Assembly: GCA_038496445.1 (NCBI GenBank)
Contig: JALMLS010000131.1
Coordinates: 1-64,000 of the forward strand
Origin: Trichosphaerium sp. ATCC 40318
Lineage: Eukaryota > Protista > Tubulinea
Length of the DNA: 64,000 bases
Reading direction: 5' to 3'
The notes under the pieces were generated by a model. The model was not told the origin of the DNA and made no database searches. It worked only from the letters and a program-made list of their open reading frames with translations. Of this stretch, positions 1 through 12,051 are shown piece by piece (position 1 is the first letter of the stretch; every line of letters begins with the position of its first letter). A program made the position numbers and the translations under genes.

Positions 1-1299
1 AAATCTATATTTAGGTGTGCTGTGCTAACTTCTTTCTTTGCCCTTCTTGTACCTATCATTGGCTGGGATAACGTACAATGCACCAACCACGCACGGTTAG
101 CTGATAGTTACGAACACACACCAGCATGTATAATTCAAGGTAAAACAACAAAAAAAAAAAAGCAATTCAGTAAAAAAGTATCACGTGCTAACTTGTGACA
201 CTTAGGAACTTTCAGTTTATTCTTCGCCTATATGACAGTATACTATTGGTTTGCCGGTGGTGTTACAACTGCAATTACTTTAGCTTATACACGCATAGCA
301 GTGGCTAAACCATACACAGGTTGGAAGCGGTAAGTATATTGAGTACTTTTTGCCTTGTTTATCTATGTGTAGTTGGTTACTATGTTTCGCACCTGGTATA
401 ATTCCTTTCATATTCATTTCGGTTGCAATTTACCGAGGAGAAATAAGACCTGTAGTTTCAGTTTGTATTCCTGGTTGTACATGTATGTAATACCATGTAC
501 TAGCGAAATTTTGTTCAAGCAAAAAAAGAACAGTTTTCTAATCGCTTGCTAGTGAGTATACGAGATCAAACTTGGAATATTATAATAAGTTCTTTCTTAT
601 TTTCCATTCCTCTAATGGTAAATACTATTGCTATTGGTTATATAATTTACAAGATTACTAGAATATGTCTTGCAAATGTACGAACAAATAGTTTGCCTGT
701 GCTTTTTTTGTTTGTTTTTTCTTTGCATCATTTTTTACGTAACACGTGCAACACCGTCTTACCTTTCTACTAAGTCTAAAGTTACTCAACAAACAAAAAA
801 AGAGTACGTCAGAGCAGATATGGTTATGCTACACAGTGTACTTTCAATGTGGCTCGTAGCCCTTGGATTCTTTTTTATGGTTTCCTATTCTCTCAGAGAA
901 GATATAAAAACTACTTTTTTAACAAATTTGATATGTCAAACTAGTGGTGGAACTGGCTGCGGTACGATAGGTCATGTGTTGTAATTCTTTCTTTTAAACA
1001 CCTCAATAGGGAGCCTAGAGCTATGGCCACGATATGTTGGTATAATAGGTGTACTCGTATGGTCGTGTTGGTCGATTTTCACTGTCGGTCTTTTATTCTG
1101 TTAGTCGATTATTCTTCAATGCTATTTACTAAACCGCCACTTAGTTGTGCCCCCTAAGTTTTGGAGTGACATGAGAAATAGAGCTCTATTAAACACTGTT
1201 ACAGCATCTAGGAGTGGGACTGGCACTAATACAACACTAAATGATGGCACATCTGGAGATGGATCTCACGTACACTCTGTAGGTCGTGATACAAATTAA
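1..1299 (+). CDS. Frizzled/Smoothened-like 7TM receptor, 5'-partial, multi-exon
   Basis: Spliced exons give hydrophobic helices and Cys-containing loops (IGWDNVQC...PACIIQG, YMTVYYWFAG, LICQTSGGTGC). Ser/Gly-rich tail ends TAA at 1297-1299. Confidence 0.6.
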
Positions 1300-1643
1300 C
1301 TAAAACAATTACGCTTATAATATGCAAAAACTGTCGTTTGTAAACCTGCTGTGAGTTTTGGAACCAGAATATTTAAGATCTTTCTCGGTAGTTCAGAAAA
1401 CTATCCTTAAAAAGAAACAATTGACAAAGGTCAGAGGTCAGGTCTTGTTAGCATGACAACTTAGGCTTCAGTAAAACAATCTTGCTACTATACTATGACA
1501 AGAGAATGACTGCCATGTAGTCACTCAAATAAACTGTTAATAACGTAAGCTTAACACATTGTAGAACAGTTACATAATTAAAAAAATTTCATGGTTTTTT
1601 TTTTCGCTTTTCAAGTGGTTTACAAACAACCCAAAACTACTTG

Positions 1644-3243
1644 TTAGTAAATTATCTTATTTAACTCTTTTGCATTTTCTTCTGGGATACTACTATTACT
1701 AAACATACCACTACCAAATTCAAAACCTGCCAATCCGCCTAAAGGACAATCTTTAAACAAAGCAACATCCGAATAAAAAATCAAAACAAAACTGGGACCA
1801 TACCTGGAGCAAGACGAGGAAACACATCAGCGTGCCAATGATGTACATCTTCCATAGAATATTCATTCCCAAAATGATACTTATCAAGGTTTGTAGGTCC
1901 ATTATGAATGACAAAATTATAGTCAGGATCAGACAATGTGTTATAAAGTTTACAAAAAACTTGATGTGTAATAGATCCAAAAGAATCTATTTCAGTCTTA
2001 TTACAATTCAAGAATGAATGTGATGGGTTCAAAGGAGATATCCAAATTTGATAAGGAGTAAGAGCAGCATAAGGTACAAAAGCTACAAAGTGGTCATTTT
2101 GAGCAATAATACGTGATTTATCATCAAGCTCTTTTTTAAGTACGTCCATCATAACACGTCGTTTATGCTTCTTGTAATACATCATTGCATGATGAACACG
2201 ATCACTTAGTTCATGTGGAAGTATAGGTAACCCGACTATTTGTGAATGAGGATGAAAGAGACTTGCACCAGCTTTTCTTCCCTTGAAAAGAAGCGTTAGT
2301 TGATTCTTATTTTTTTCTTCTTTTTTGATCTAAACAAAACTTTCAAGAAGTCATACCTGGTTTTTAAACATCAATACGGATTTAACTAAATCATCCTTGC
2401 TTATTTCTGTTCCTCGTTCATGAAAGGCATGCACAAGATAATGAACTTGATCCTTTTTTGGTGGAACCAATCTTACATTATGTTCTTGGCTTTCAATAAC
2501 AACTACCAAACTATTTAGACACCAAAATGATGTATTGCAATCGGATATGTTTCAAGTTATTTCTACCTGAGTCTGTAAGGTGCTCAGACTGTACAAAACC
2601 GACAAAAACTTTTGTTTCATAAAAAAAGAAATATGTAAAAAAACCCGAGGCTATTTCTCATTACACGTGCCTTCATGATAACCCAAAGCAAGTTGTGGAT
2701 TCTGTTGTATATCTTCTTGTTCTACTAAATGATTATGCGATTCATTCTGGCAGGGTGGATGGACTACGGGGTATTTATTTCGAACTACGCGCAAATTCCA
2801 GTTTGAAGCTTTATTTTTGCGTAAATTAGCGTAAAACCGACAATAAATCAATAACACGCACCAGATTCGCCGTAATAAAGTAGATGTTCTCCAGTTTCCT
2901 TCTCGTTTCCAGGGCAAAAAGGGCACGTTGGCGTGTAGCCCTTAGGTACGCTCTTTGTCATGTTTTTCTAACGGTCTTAGAGGTAAAAATGACTATTTTG
3001 GTAATTCATTGCGCTATTTTCTCTCTAATGGTATACTACTGGTACCTCTACGCGATTAAACTGATTTGGCCTGCCAGAACGGTCTGTAGCGAAAATAACC
3101 CAGTTATTAGTCCCTGGATTATACCTGAAGAAGCTAGAACTCTTTTTGCCGTTAACGTATGAACGTGATAACCGTCTATGCCCATTATTTCGTTCAGCAC
3201 GTATACCACGTCTAGTAGCGCCGTAGGTATACTTTGACAACAT
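1644..3243 (-). CDS. galT: Galactose-1-phosphate uridylyltransferase (GalT/ADP-glucose phosphorylase type, HIT superfamily), multi-exon
   Basis: FRYNP..WVIFATDRSGRP N-terminus, CPFCPGNE Zn motif, GASLFHPHSQI catalytic motif (~2235-2270), HWH, and LAGFEFGSGMF C-terminus. Confidence 0.9.
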
Positions 3244-3466
3244 TTACGCTCGCAACAAAACAATAATTTGACGTTTATGAAACTTATTTAATTCTAACAA
3301 ACTCTCCACTCTATTTGGCTACTACGCCTAGCTTGTCTTCCACATTTATCCCCTCTATTGTTACAGCTATATGATGAGAGCAACAAGCGTTGACACCTTG
3401 CGTGACAGTTTTGGTTTTTCTTCGTTTTAACGAATTGTACGTGATGCTATGGTTCGCTTGGTTCAT

Positions 3467-3972
3467 TCATGATTTGGCGTTTGATGCATTTGTAGGCTCT
3501 AAGAAGTACTTGCTCATTTTAGCCTTTTTTGATCTATTAACAAGTTAGATTTTAACAATACAACCGCGTACGCAGTTTGCCACGCTTGTTCAGGTTTTAT
3601 AGCATGTTTAAACGACGATGTAGCAATCACATTGCAAATATCATTTCTCGTGATTGTTAAGCTGCTAACTCTAATAGACAATCGTAAATGCGCAGTTAAA
3701 CTGCATTTAGGTACTTTTGGTTTGGATGTTTAGCTTTTAGCGCTGTTTTTGCAACGAGCTCTCCGTTTTCAACCATCTCTTCAATAAACGCTTCTAGAAC
3801 TTGTTGAATAACCAACAGGCTGTTCCAGAGTTAAATTGTCAAAACTACTTTCTAAGTTTGTTATTACGCACCTAGGAGCACGAAATCGCGTGGTAGAACC
3901 TCTATTACTAACGTGATGCCTTACAAAGTTTTGTATTTTTTTAGTTGGTGCGTTTCTGCCCTTACTAGACAT
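3467..3972 (-). CDS. Divergent H3-like histone-fold protein (~123 aa, 4 exons)
   Basis: Removing GT-AG introns 3820-3871, 3671-3714 and 3534-3571 gives an open frame: IQNFVR...RFRAPSLLVIQQVLEAFIEEMVENG...LTITRNDI. This aligns by eye to H3 FQRLVR...RFQSSAVMALQEACEAYL...VTIMPKDI. Confidence 0.7.
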
Positions 3973-4128
3973 TACGTTGCGCGGAATAATATGTAGCGTT
4001 AATGTAGTATCAATTTAAACAGTTTAAACTGTACAAAAGCGGTTGACCATCGTTGAATCGGGGAATTAGTAATTTACATTTTTTTTTTCGGATTTTACAG
4101 GTTCACGGCTTGCTTTTGCCACGTTTTA

Positions 4129-4931
4129 CTATACTTGTTTAAGTATCTTAATATTTTGTGTCATGCTCATAACGTGTGGCGGATCGCATCTTTCGATGAA
4201 GTCGGCAGAAGCCAAAGTAACATTATCGCTTAATTGAGAAAAAAGTGGTTGGAAAATAGTCGATTTTTCAGTTTCTGGAATGACTGTGCACTCCTTAACG
4301 CAGTGCTTAGCTATAGATAAAGCAATCTAGGAATGAGTTAGACATACTACAATGCAAAAGTGTTTGTAACAGCGTACCAGGCAATCATTCTTTCGAGATT
4401 GTTTAAGTTTAGTTCCGGAGTAATAAGCTGTCTTGCACTAATCGTTATGAGTATTATAAGCATACTTCGAGCAGTATTGACGTACTATAAGTTGTGTCTG
4501 TTGCATTAAACATACAACAAGCACAGGTCGTTGATTCTGTTTAAGGTTTTCTCCAGATTGTAACAATCTACATATTATGGCATTCAGTGCCTTTTTCTGT
4601 TTCTCTACACTCATCGATTTATCTATATCTGTGTGAAACATTGTGCTAACAAAATCTAGTAGAGGAATATCGTTGAACACATGAACCGGGAAAATAGTTT
4701 TTTTGCCGGGGTAATTATTTAAGGATTTTACAGAAGCTTTCTAAAAAAACACGTGTCAGAGGAAATATGCTAATCGCCAAAATGGCGATTGACTCTTTTT
4801 TTAGTTTACTGCAAAAACCGAAAACTTACTTTTGCTTTCAATTTTTTTAAAACTCCTTTTTGAGCTTCTAGTATATCCTCTAGCCTCTCTATACGATCTA
4901 AATATTCTTTATCATCATTGCTCCTTGACAT
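4129..4931 (-). CDS. Hypothetical protein with N-terminal coiled coil (4 exons)
   Basis: ATG at 4931 and phase-0 GT-AG introns give an open frame to TAG at 4129-4131. No family recognised. Confidence 0.55.
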
Positions 4932-5303
4932 TTTAACAGTCTAATAGGTATGTGACCGGAGTAACGGTTTCTCGTTTAGGTATTGTTAAAGCAAGTAACG
5001 AAAAGCGTTACACAAAATGACTTAACTAACTTAAGTGAAGAGAATATTGTACAGCACACAGCTCGCTATCCTAAGGTTGCACACTGGTTTTGTCCGTACC
5101 ATTAGACGCGTAGGAAATTATTTATCCGATTCTACAAACAAAAAAAACTCAACAAGATACAGTGGACACGATTTTTTAACATGAGTGCAAACAAACATAT
5201 TGAAAGCTTTACAATTTTTTTTATTATTATTTTTTTAGGATATGTTGGTTAGTACACAACTCAAAAGACACTATGCCTTTCGACAAAGATGTAATTATGC
5301 TTG

Positions 5304-8300
5304 TCACTTACGATCCTCGCGACTATTGTACAAGGTTAATTCACAAAATAACAAGAACTATAAAACATACGGAGGACTTGCTGAGCGGTCTCGGCTTGTA
5401 CTTCTGCTACGTGATTTGCTCTCATCCTTATCTCGCCTATCTTTGCTCTTACTACGACTTCTACTTCTTCGCCTACTAGAACGATCGCGATACGACCTGT
5501 CATATCTACCGTGAAAAAGAAAAATAAGTCTACTGTTCACAAAAAAAAAGGTCTAAGAAAAGTATGCCACCCTACCTGTCTCTACCACCTCTTCGCCTAT
5601 CACCACCACGCTCGCGGTCATAACCTCTATCTGAACGATAATCACGGCCCCTTCTTCCGCCATCACGGTACCCTCCACGACCTCTACTGCGATAACCACC
5701 GCCATAGTAGTCTCTAGAACCTTCATACCCTCCTTCGCCACCTTCCATGCCACCTTGGCCATAATAGTAACCTAGAAATTTATTAAGGGGTAAAAAACGC
5801 AAGCTACTAAAGAAAGCACATCTAACGTGGACCAAAGGTACGTTGTCACGTGAGTTCTTTAAAAAATAAATCGTACTGTAGTATTTTTTCCAATATTCTT
5901 CAATGTCTTCTTGTGAGTATTGCTGTTGTTGCTGTCTAGCTCTCTTTAACTCAGCAGGTAGACCGTCATATCCTCCTTCACGTGGGCGCTTTCTAGAGTT
6001 CTGAAAAACCCGTCAAATAACGTAACACTCAACCAAGTAAAACGACTTACATGCTTCCCGTCTCCACCTTGCTTAAATCCACCATCATTATTATACTTTT
6101 TAAAGTCCCCACCGTTTGGTGGACCATTACCATCGTGCCCAGGCTTCTTTATTAAAGACCTTGGGAATTTATCAGAGAAGTTATCTGGAGGCGGTCCTCC
6201 TTGGTTAAAGTGTTGAGGCCTGCCACCGCCACCGCCACCATCATTATCACCCTAAAGATAGGGTGAGTAAACGTTAGTTTAGATTGTATTGTTCGTACAT
6301 AGCTTCCGCCCTCTCCAGGTCTATTGGAGTATGTATTGTTCATAGAAGGCTTGAATCCCTTAATTTGTAGATTAGAAAAAAAAGAGCCAAGCACGTGTTT
6401 CACTTACGTTAGATGTACCAATAGGAACAACAGATTCACCAGTTTCCCAATTAAATCGCTCTGTAGCTCCAAATCCGCGAGCCCATCCAACCTTCATTGG
6501 ACGACCTTCAAGAAGCATATCATGGGTAGCCTATGATTCTATTAAACCAAAAAACCAAACTACAACCCAGGACCCTCCAAGATGTCTCAAAAACAGAACA
6601 ACAAAAAAAATCACGTGAAGAGGAGAAAGAAAAAAAATAGACTCAGTTCAGACTCCTTTCATTGTGTACCTCTCTAGCTTTTTCAGCACCTGCTCGATCA
6701 TAGAAATTACAGAAAGAAATGTGTTTGTGCGCCAAGTACTAAAATTGAGTTTATAAACACAATACCGTACACTACAATGTTTCTTATTAAGAAACAAACA
6801 AATACAAACCTTTACAGATCTTATAGCACCGTGTTGACAAAATATAGCAAACAACATTTCTTGGCTTACAGTAGGTGCCAGATTTCCAACAAATAATGTA
6901 GTACTTAACACTAAAAAGGAGATAATGTTAGTACAGTCTTTGTAACAATAAAAAAAATCAATGTGGCCTACCTTTACGATATCCTGGAGCTACCTGCCAA
7001 CTCCCATCACTCTCGTCTTTTGGTGGAGGTGGTAGAGAGTTCTGCTAAAGATAGTTGTAAGCACTTTTGGTCACCAAACTATTAATGTATGTGGCGTACT
7101 TGTTCTTGCTCTTGTTGATTAAATAATTGTTGTGGAGGTACAAGCATAGCTTTGTTTGACCTATTATAATGTAAGACGTAAAGAATAAAAGCTTAGGTAA
7201 CGTGGTTTTACTGTTTAACATGTCTAGCATTTAAACTTAGTACTTACGCTTGTGAAGCAATAGCTACAGCCTCTTTTGTTCTTCTCTCGGCAGCACTCTG
7301 CTGCTCTTGTCGTCTACGGTTTTCCTCTTCTTCTCGTAGTCTCTGTTGTTCTGCTATTCTACTAGCATCATCTGTTTCCTCATCATAATCGAACAGTGGG
7401 TTTGGCACCTTATTTACTGCAACAGGTTATTAGTGATCAGCGTGAGTTAAGAACTACGCTCTTATATACGAACCTTGTGGTTGTTGAATGGTCTGAATAG
7501 GTTGTGCACTTCCAGGGGGCGTTGAAGGCCGAGGAGGTGTGCGAGAACCTAAGAAATGGTAAGATATCATTCAATTGAAAGAGCAGGCTTACTGTTCAAG
7601 TTTTGGTGTCCGTTCCATCCAGCATTGTTCTGTTGGTATCCTTGTGGCGGTGGGTAGTTAGGCGGAGGTTGTTGATATTGTCTACCAAAGTCTCCTATAT
7701 CCAACAATCAATACAGACCAAAGAAAGTAGAAACTACAAAATAGATACTTACCTTGTTGATTGTAACCTTGTTGATACGAGTTTGGTGCATTTCCACCCA
7801 TATTATTCTGTTGGTATCCTCCTTGATTAGGTGGATAACCACCTTGATTAGGCCACTGGTTTTGTTGTATTTGCTGTGGTGGCATACCACCTCCTTGAAA
7901 ATTGTTTGTTGGAGGTGCTTGTTGAGGTAACTGTACACCTGCATAACAGGTAAGCGATGCATTCTACTGAAACAATACCAACAAAAAGTAAAAAAACTGG
8001 GTTTGACTCCGCAAACCGGCTGAGTATGGGTACGAGCTCAGTTCTGCTATCCTCCCGCTTACCACGATGGAAGCTTTTCCCTGCTCTGTTTCCAGCCTGA
8101 GGCGGTTTACCTCTCATTATCAACCAGGATCTCTCCACCTCCGCGGTGAAACCCCTGTTGGTCGATGGCACGAGAGGACAGAACATCAACACCCGAGGAT
8201 CCCACCTCACATCCGGTCACGTAGTCATTCCCAGTCTTTAAATGGCCTACTGCTAGTAGTTACAGGTATTCGCTACACACCCGCCGATAGAGAAATGCAA

Positions 8301-9113
8301 ACATAGACTTTTTAAACACTCGCTAGCGAGAATAAAATTTGTTGTGGGTTTGATTTGTTTTACGATCATTTCTTCCTTTACGCGGTTTACAAAAGGTACA
8401 GTACCTTCTGGTGCTTGGCCTGTCTTTGCCATAATCACCAAAGCAAGTGCTTGTAATATCTCTTGGTTGAACAAGCCTCCTTTACCCCATATACTTACAA
8501 CCTTACGCACAGAACGCTAAAGTTCGCTGTTAGTACGGAAAAAATGCATAATAAAAGAAAACGATCAAAACTTATAGTACACGCGTTAAAACGCTACAAG
8601 TCCGGTATTTTTACGCGTACCCTATCCTTTTCTACACATTCCAACACCTGAGTAATTGTAGTCACGATATTCTTTGCAAATCTATCTGCATACGTTCTGT
8701 CACTTCCATACTTGTTTCTGAATACTTTACAGATAGAATCTACAAGGTACAAACCAGACAAGCGAAATTCAGGCTGTGCCCTTGCGATGAATCGCTCGAT
8801 AAGGTACACAACATCTTTGTAATTCTATACACTACAATAAAAAGCAATTCGTTTGAAAGAAAAGAACAAATTTATTTTTTCGCCCGTTACAAAAGTTACA
8901 AAGGCACAAAACGAAGTTTTTTTCTAATTTGCTAAAACGCTCTTTTCCTTCATTAATACAAACTACAGTACACAGGTACGAAACAATACATACTTTGCGA
9001 TACTTCAGAGCTAGTTTTGTAACCGAAGCTACACGACGAGCAGATACTGGCGGTTTTTTCTTAGATATTGCTGCCAATTCTTCTGTGAGTTCGTCTTCGC
9101 CATCCCATGACAT
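5304..9113 (-). CDS. SCAF4/SCAF8 (Nrd1/Seb1-like) Pol II CTD-interacting domain + RRM + RGG/RS protein, multi-exon
   Basis: CID motif (RLSGLYLVDSI), P/Q/G-rich linker, FDYDEE, RRM (STTLFVGNL...MKVGWARG), RGG and RS tail ending PPREDRK-TGA. Confidence 0.85.
7990..7996 (-). terminator. Pol III oligo-T terminator of SRP RNA
   Basis: T7 run at the 3' end of the closing helix. Confidence 0.7.
7991..8285 (-). ncRNA. Signal recognition particle RNA (7SL), intronic
   Basis: Alu domain GGCGGGUGU-GUAGCGA-AUACCU-GUAA-CUACU-AGC-AGUAG-GCC. Helix 6 has a GGAG loop (~8131-8155). Helix 8 is CAGGCUGGAAACAGAGCAGG (~8080-8099). ACUGGG pairs with CCCAGU, followed by a T7 run. Length is about 295 nt. Confidence 0.92.
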
Positions 9114-9392
9114 GGTAATATTTATCTAATTGACTTCACGCAATGGCAGAGAGTTCGCTAAATACAAGCCAAGAATGATAGTCAAACAATTTATGTAGAC
9201 TTTGAACTGAGACACCAGCATCGTAGTGACGTTAAACACGAGTTTGTTAGTTCGCTAGCCGCATTTTGTTATTAGTTTTGACCTGTGGTGTCTAAAATGC
9301 CAAATGAGATTACTGGATTGCTTACGGCTACTAGTTAGCTACCGTAGAGCTAAAAGCGCATTAAAGTAAGTTTTGACACGAAATGTTTCAAC

Positions 9393-11898
9393 TAATGATG
9401 TTGGTTTAAGAATAAACTGCAAATTCATATTTATTTGGAAGTGGTCAAAAGTTATTTTTATTTATTCATATAATCATTTGTGTTCATCTTGGAGCAAATG
9501 GTTACGACACACAGAGTACTTACAAACACGAGTAGGAGAGAGTCTGTTTCTATCATTAGTAATTAAGCGACTAGCCTGTGAAAAGCTTCTTTCAGTCATT
9601 GCTTGAGAGGCTGGAATCGCTAAATATTTCTGAGCCAAAGATGCTAAGATTGGATACTTTTCTTTGTTTGTTCTCCACCATCTAAGCTCTTCGCCATCAT
9701 TAGTGGTTTTTATCGGTGGTTCTACCTTGTATCTTTCTAGTTCTTTGCTTGTATCAAGCGGAGTAGTAGGGGATGGTGCACTACTAAACAGAAGTAAGTA
9801 AACATTGAAACAAAAAAAAGTAAAACAGAAAAAAGACCAATACGTGAAGAATTGTCTCGCTTCTCCTGCTTCTGAAACTCCTCCTCTAGTGCTCACTGCA
9901 CTAGGTACTTCACCTTCAATACCCTTATTGTACAGTTAGTACGCATTATGTAAATTATTGTACTGTAGGCATGTTCTCATCTCTTGATACAGCTACAAGT
10001 TCATTAAATTCGGCTTCTAATATTTCCCAAGCTTCATCCTCGTCTCCATCAGTGAGGTGGTTGCAGCCCTTAAAGCGCGGATCAAGGACTGTTGCTAAGA
10101 GGGTAACAACAGGGAGCTCATCTCATATGAGACGTATGGCATTGAGATAGTTTGTAGCCACATTTTTGGTTTGTATTTGCATTTCATCAAGATTTTCATT
10201 TTCGGCAATTTCTTCCACTACACAAGTCAGTAAAAAACAATAATGAAGCTAAACAACACATACACGGATGAATCATCTCTTGGAGAAGCTTTTCTATCTT
10301 TTCTAAGGCCACCAACACCCATGATTGCGTTGTGTACTTCTCTGCTTCGAGAATTTCAATAGCATAAACTGTTGGTTGAAACAAAAGAATCATGTTCTCA
10401 ATAAAACTCCATTTCTCAAAGGAAAACTCAGGTACGTATGGCTACAAACAAAGTAAATATTTACACGTGCACAAAAAAACCAGTACATACCCTAAATCTA
10501 CTATCACATACTAGTCGGTAGTTTGTAAGCATTCGTCTCATTTCGTGAGCTTTTTTCAACATTGTAATTGTTGATGAGAAGCGTGTACAAGTATCACGTG
10601 GCAGTTTTTTGTATTGGTCACTGCAAAACGCTTTCCAGGCGCGTCTAAACGGATCTGAGCAGCTACACCTCGCAATAAACACTCTTAAGGGCTTGAGAAT
10701 GCTTTCTTCAATTTCTGGGATTAATGCTTTACGCATTGCGTTATTCAAGATGTGACAGAGGCAGCGAAGGTCAGTAACCATTCTAGGGTACCACCAATTA
10801 ATTTTATACAAGAACAATGGTAGTTAAACGTACTCAGAGGTATATTTCGCCACTTGGGCGAGTGTGTCTCTGCGAAGCTTTCTTGAAGAAAAGTAAGAAC
10901 AATAAATAATAAAAAAAACCCACAAAAAAAACTAGTCGTACCCAATAGTGAATTTAACTGAGGCCAATTCGCCTCCATCTGTTACACCAGCAACTGGTAA
11001 AACACCATCACCTAGCCACGCCACGTTTGAGCCATCCCACTCTCCACAAAGTACGTCAGCTACAAGTGAACCAATAGTTACCGCTGCCAAAAAAAGTAAG
11101 CAAAAAAAAAGTTTAAACAAAGTTGTTTCGTGCCTTTGTGGTCTTCTTCACAAGGCACCACACCTACCAACTTACGACACAATACATAGTCATCGGATAT
11201 CCAATGCATTGATATGCCAGCGTAATATTCTTTGGAAACTTTACTTTTCCAAAGATCGACTGCAAAGGTTGGTGACTTCGCTGTTTGAGTTATCAGCTTA
11301 GCTTCATTTATTGTTTTGTCGCTGAGTGCATCAGCCCGTAAAGTGATCTTGTTTCTCCCTGGTAGAATGAACCCAGGTACAGCATAATTAAACAATAGTT
11401 TAAAGTACCGTTTTGATACGAGGTGAAAAGGAAGATTGTGAGCAACAAAACAAATAGCCAACAAATCTATCAATTTCTAGCGAACAATTAGAAATTGCAA
11501 AAAACCACTTGTTATTACCTCTTGTTCCCCCGGTAATAAAGGCCGAATGGTTCTGGACACATACTTGTCCATAGGACCTGTTTTATCTTCTCCGTCAGCA
11601 AAAGAGTCTGTTTTGGAGTCGTAGCCATGTTTGGTGCGTAAGTGAGTTAACAGGTTGCTTGTTGATGTTCCTTTAGGTCGAGGCACAAAACAACTACAAC
11701 GTTTACACTGAAAGCCTCCATCAACATGTACAAAGTGTTTATACACTGGTGATCGCAGAGTACGAATACTACAAACCACTGTGTTTTTGGGCTCAGCCAT
11801 CTCGATGAATTGTGTAAATTCAAAAAGTCAATTCATAGTCCAATTTTTTTTGGTGTATTCAAATTTATTCTTTATTTATTCTTAAACCAACATCATTA
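9393..11898 (-). mobile_element. Full-length hAT DNA transposon (2506 bp)
   Basis: Perfect 24-bp TIRs TAATGATGTTGGTTTAAGAATAAA (9393-9416; 11875-11898). Perfect 8-bp TSD GTTTCAAC (9385-9392; 11899-11906). Encodes a transposase. Confidence 0.97.
9474..11800 (-). pseudogene. hAT transposase (BED finger, DDE, dimerisation domain), 9 exons, one in-frame TGA
   Basis: BED finger (FQCKRC...STSNLLTHLRTKH), AVDLW, VTDGG, CLCH, TRFSS, LDPRFK, WW...YPILA...ASQAMTERSFS. TGA at 10123-10125 in RLI*DELP. Confidence 0.88.
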
Positions 11899-12051
11899 GT
11901 TTCAACCCAAAAACGCAATAAGATAACGAATCGCTAGCACTACAATGTTGCGTGGAATAATTTTTTTGGTAAGTGCATAAATTACATTATTGTATTATAA
12001 AAACAATACGCGCGCTTTTACGCAATACTGCCGCCCTACTCACTTCATAGG

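Noticed and set aside
8205-8214. GGATGTGAGG on the minus strand equals the 5' end of vertebrate 7SK RNA
   Set aside because: It lies inside a sequence fully explained as SRP RNA, so a 10-nt match is most likely coincidence.
7848-8306. ORFs 7848-8210 (-) and 8067-8306 (+)
   Set aside because: By-products of the GC-richer SRP RNA and intron sequence.
10123-10125. In-frame TGA as evidence of a variant genetic code
   Set aside because: TGA terminates several host genes here (e.g. 5304, 26156, 34816, 46653), so a nonsense mutation is simpler.
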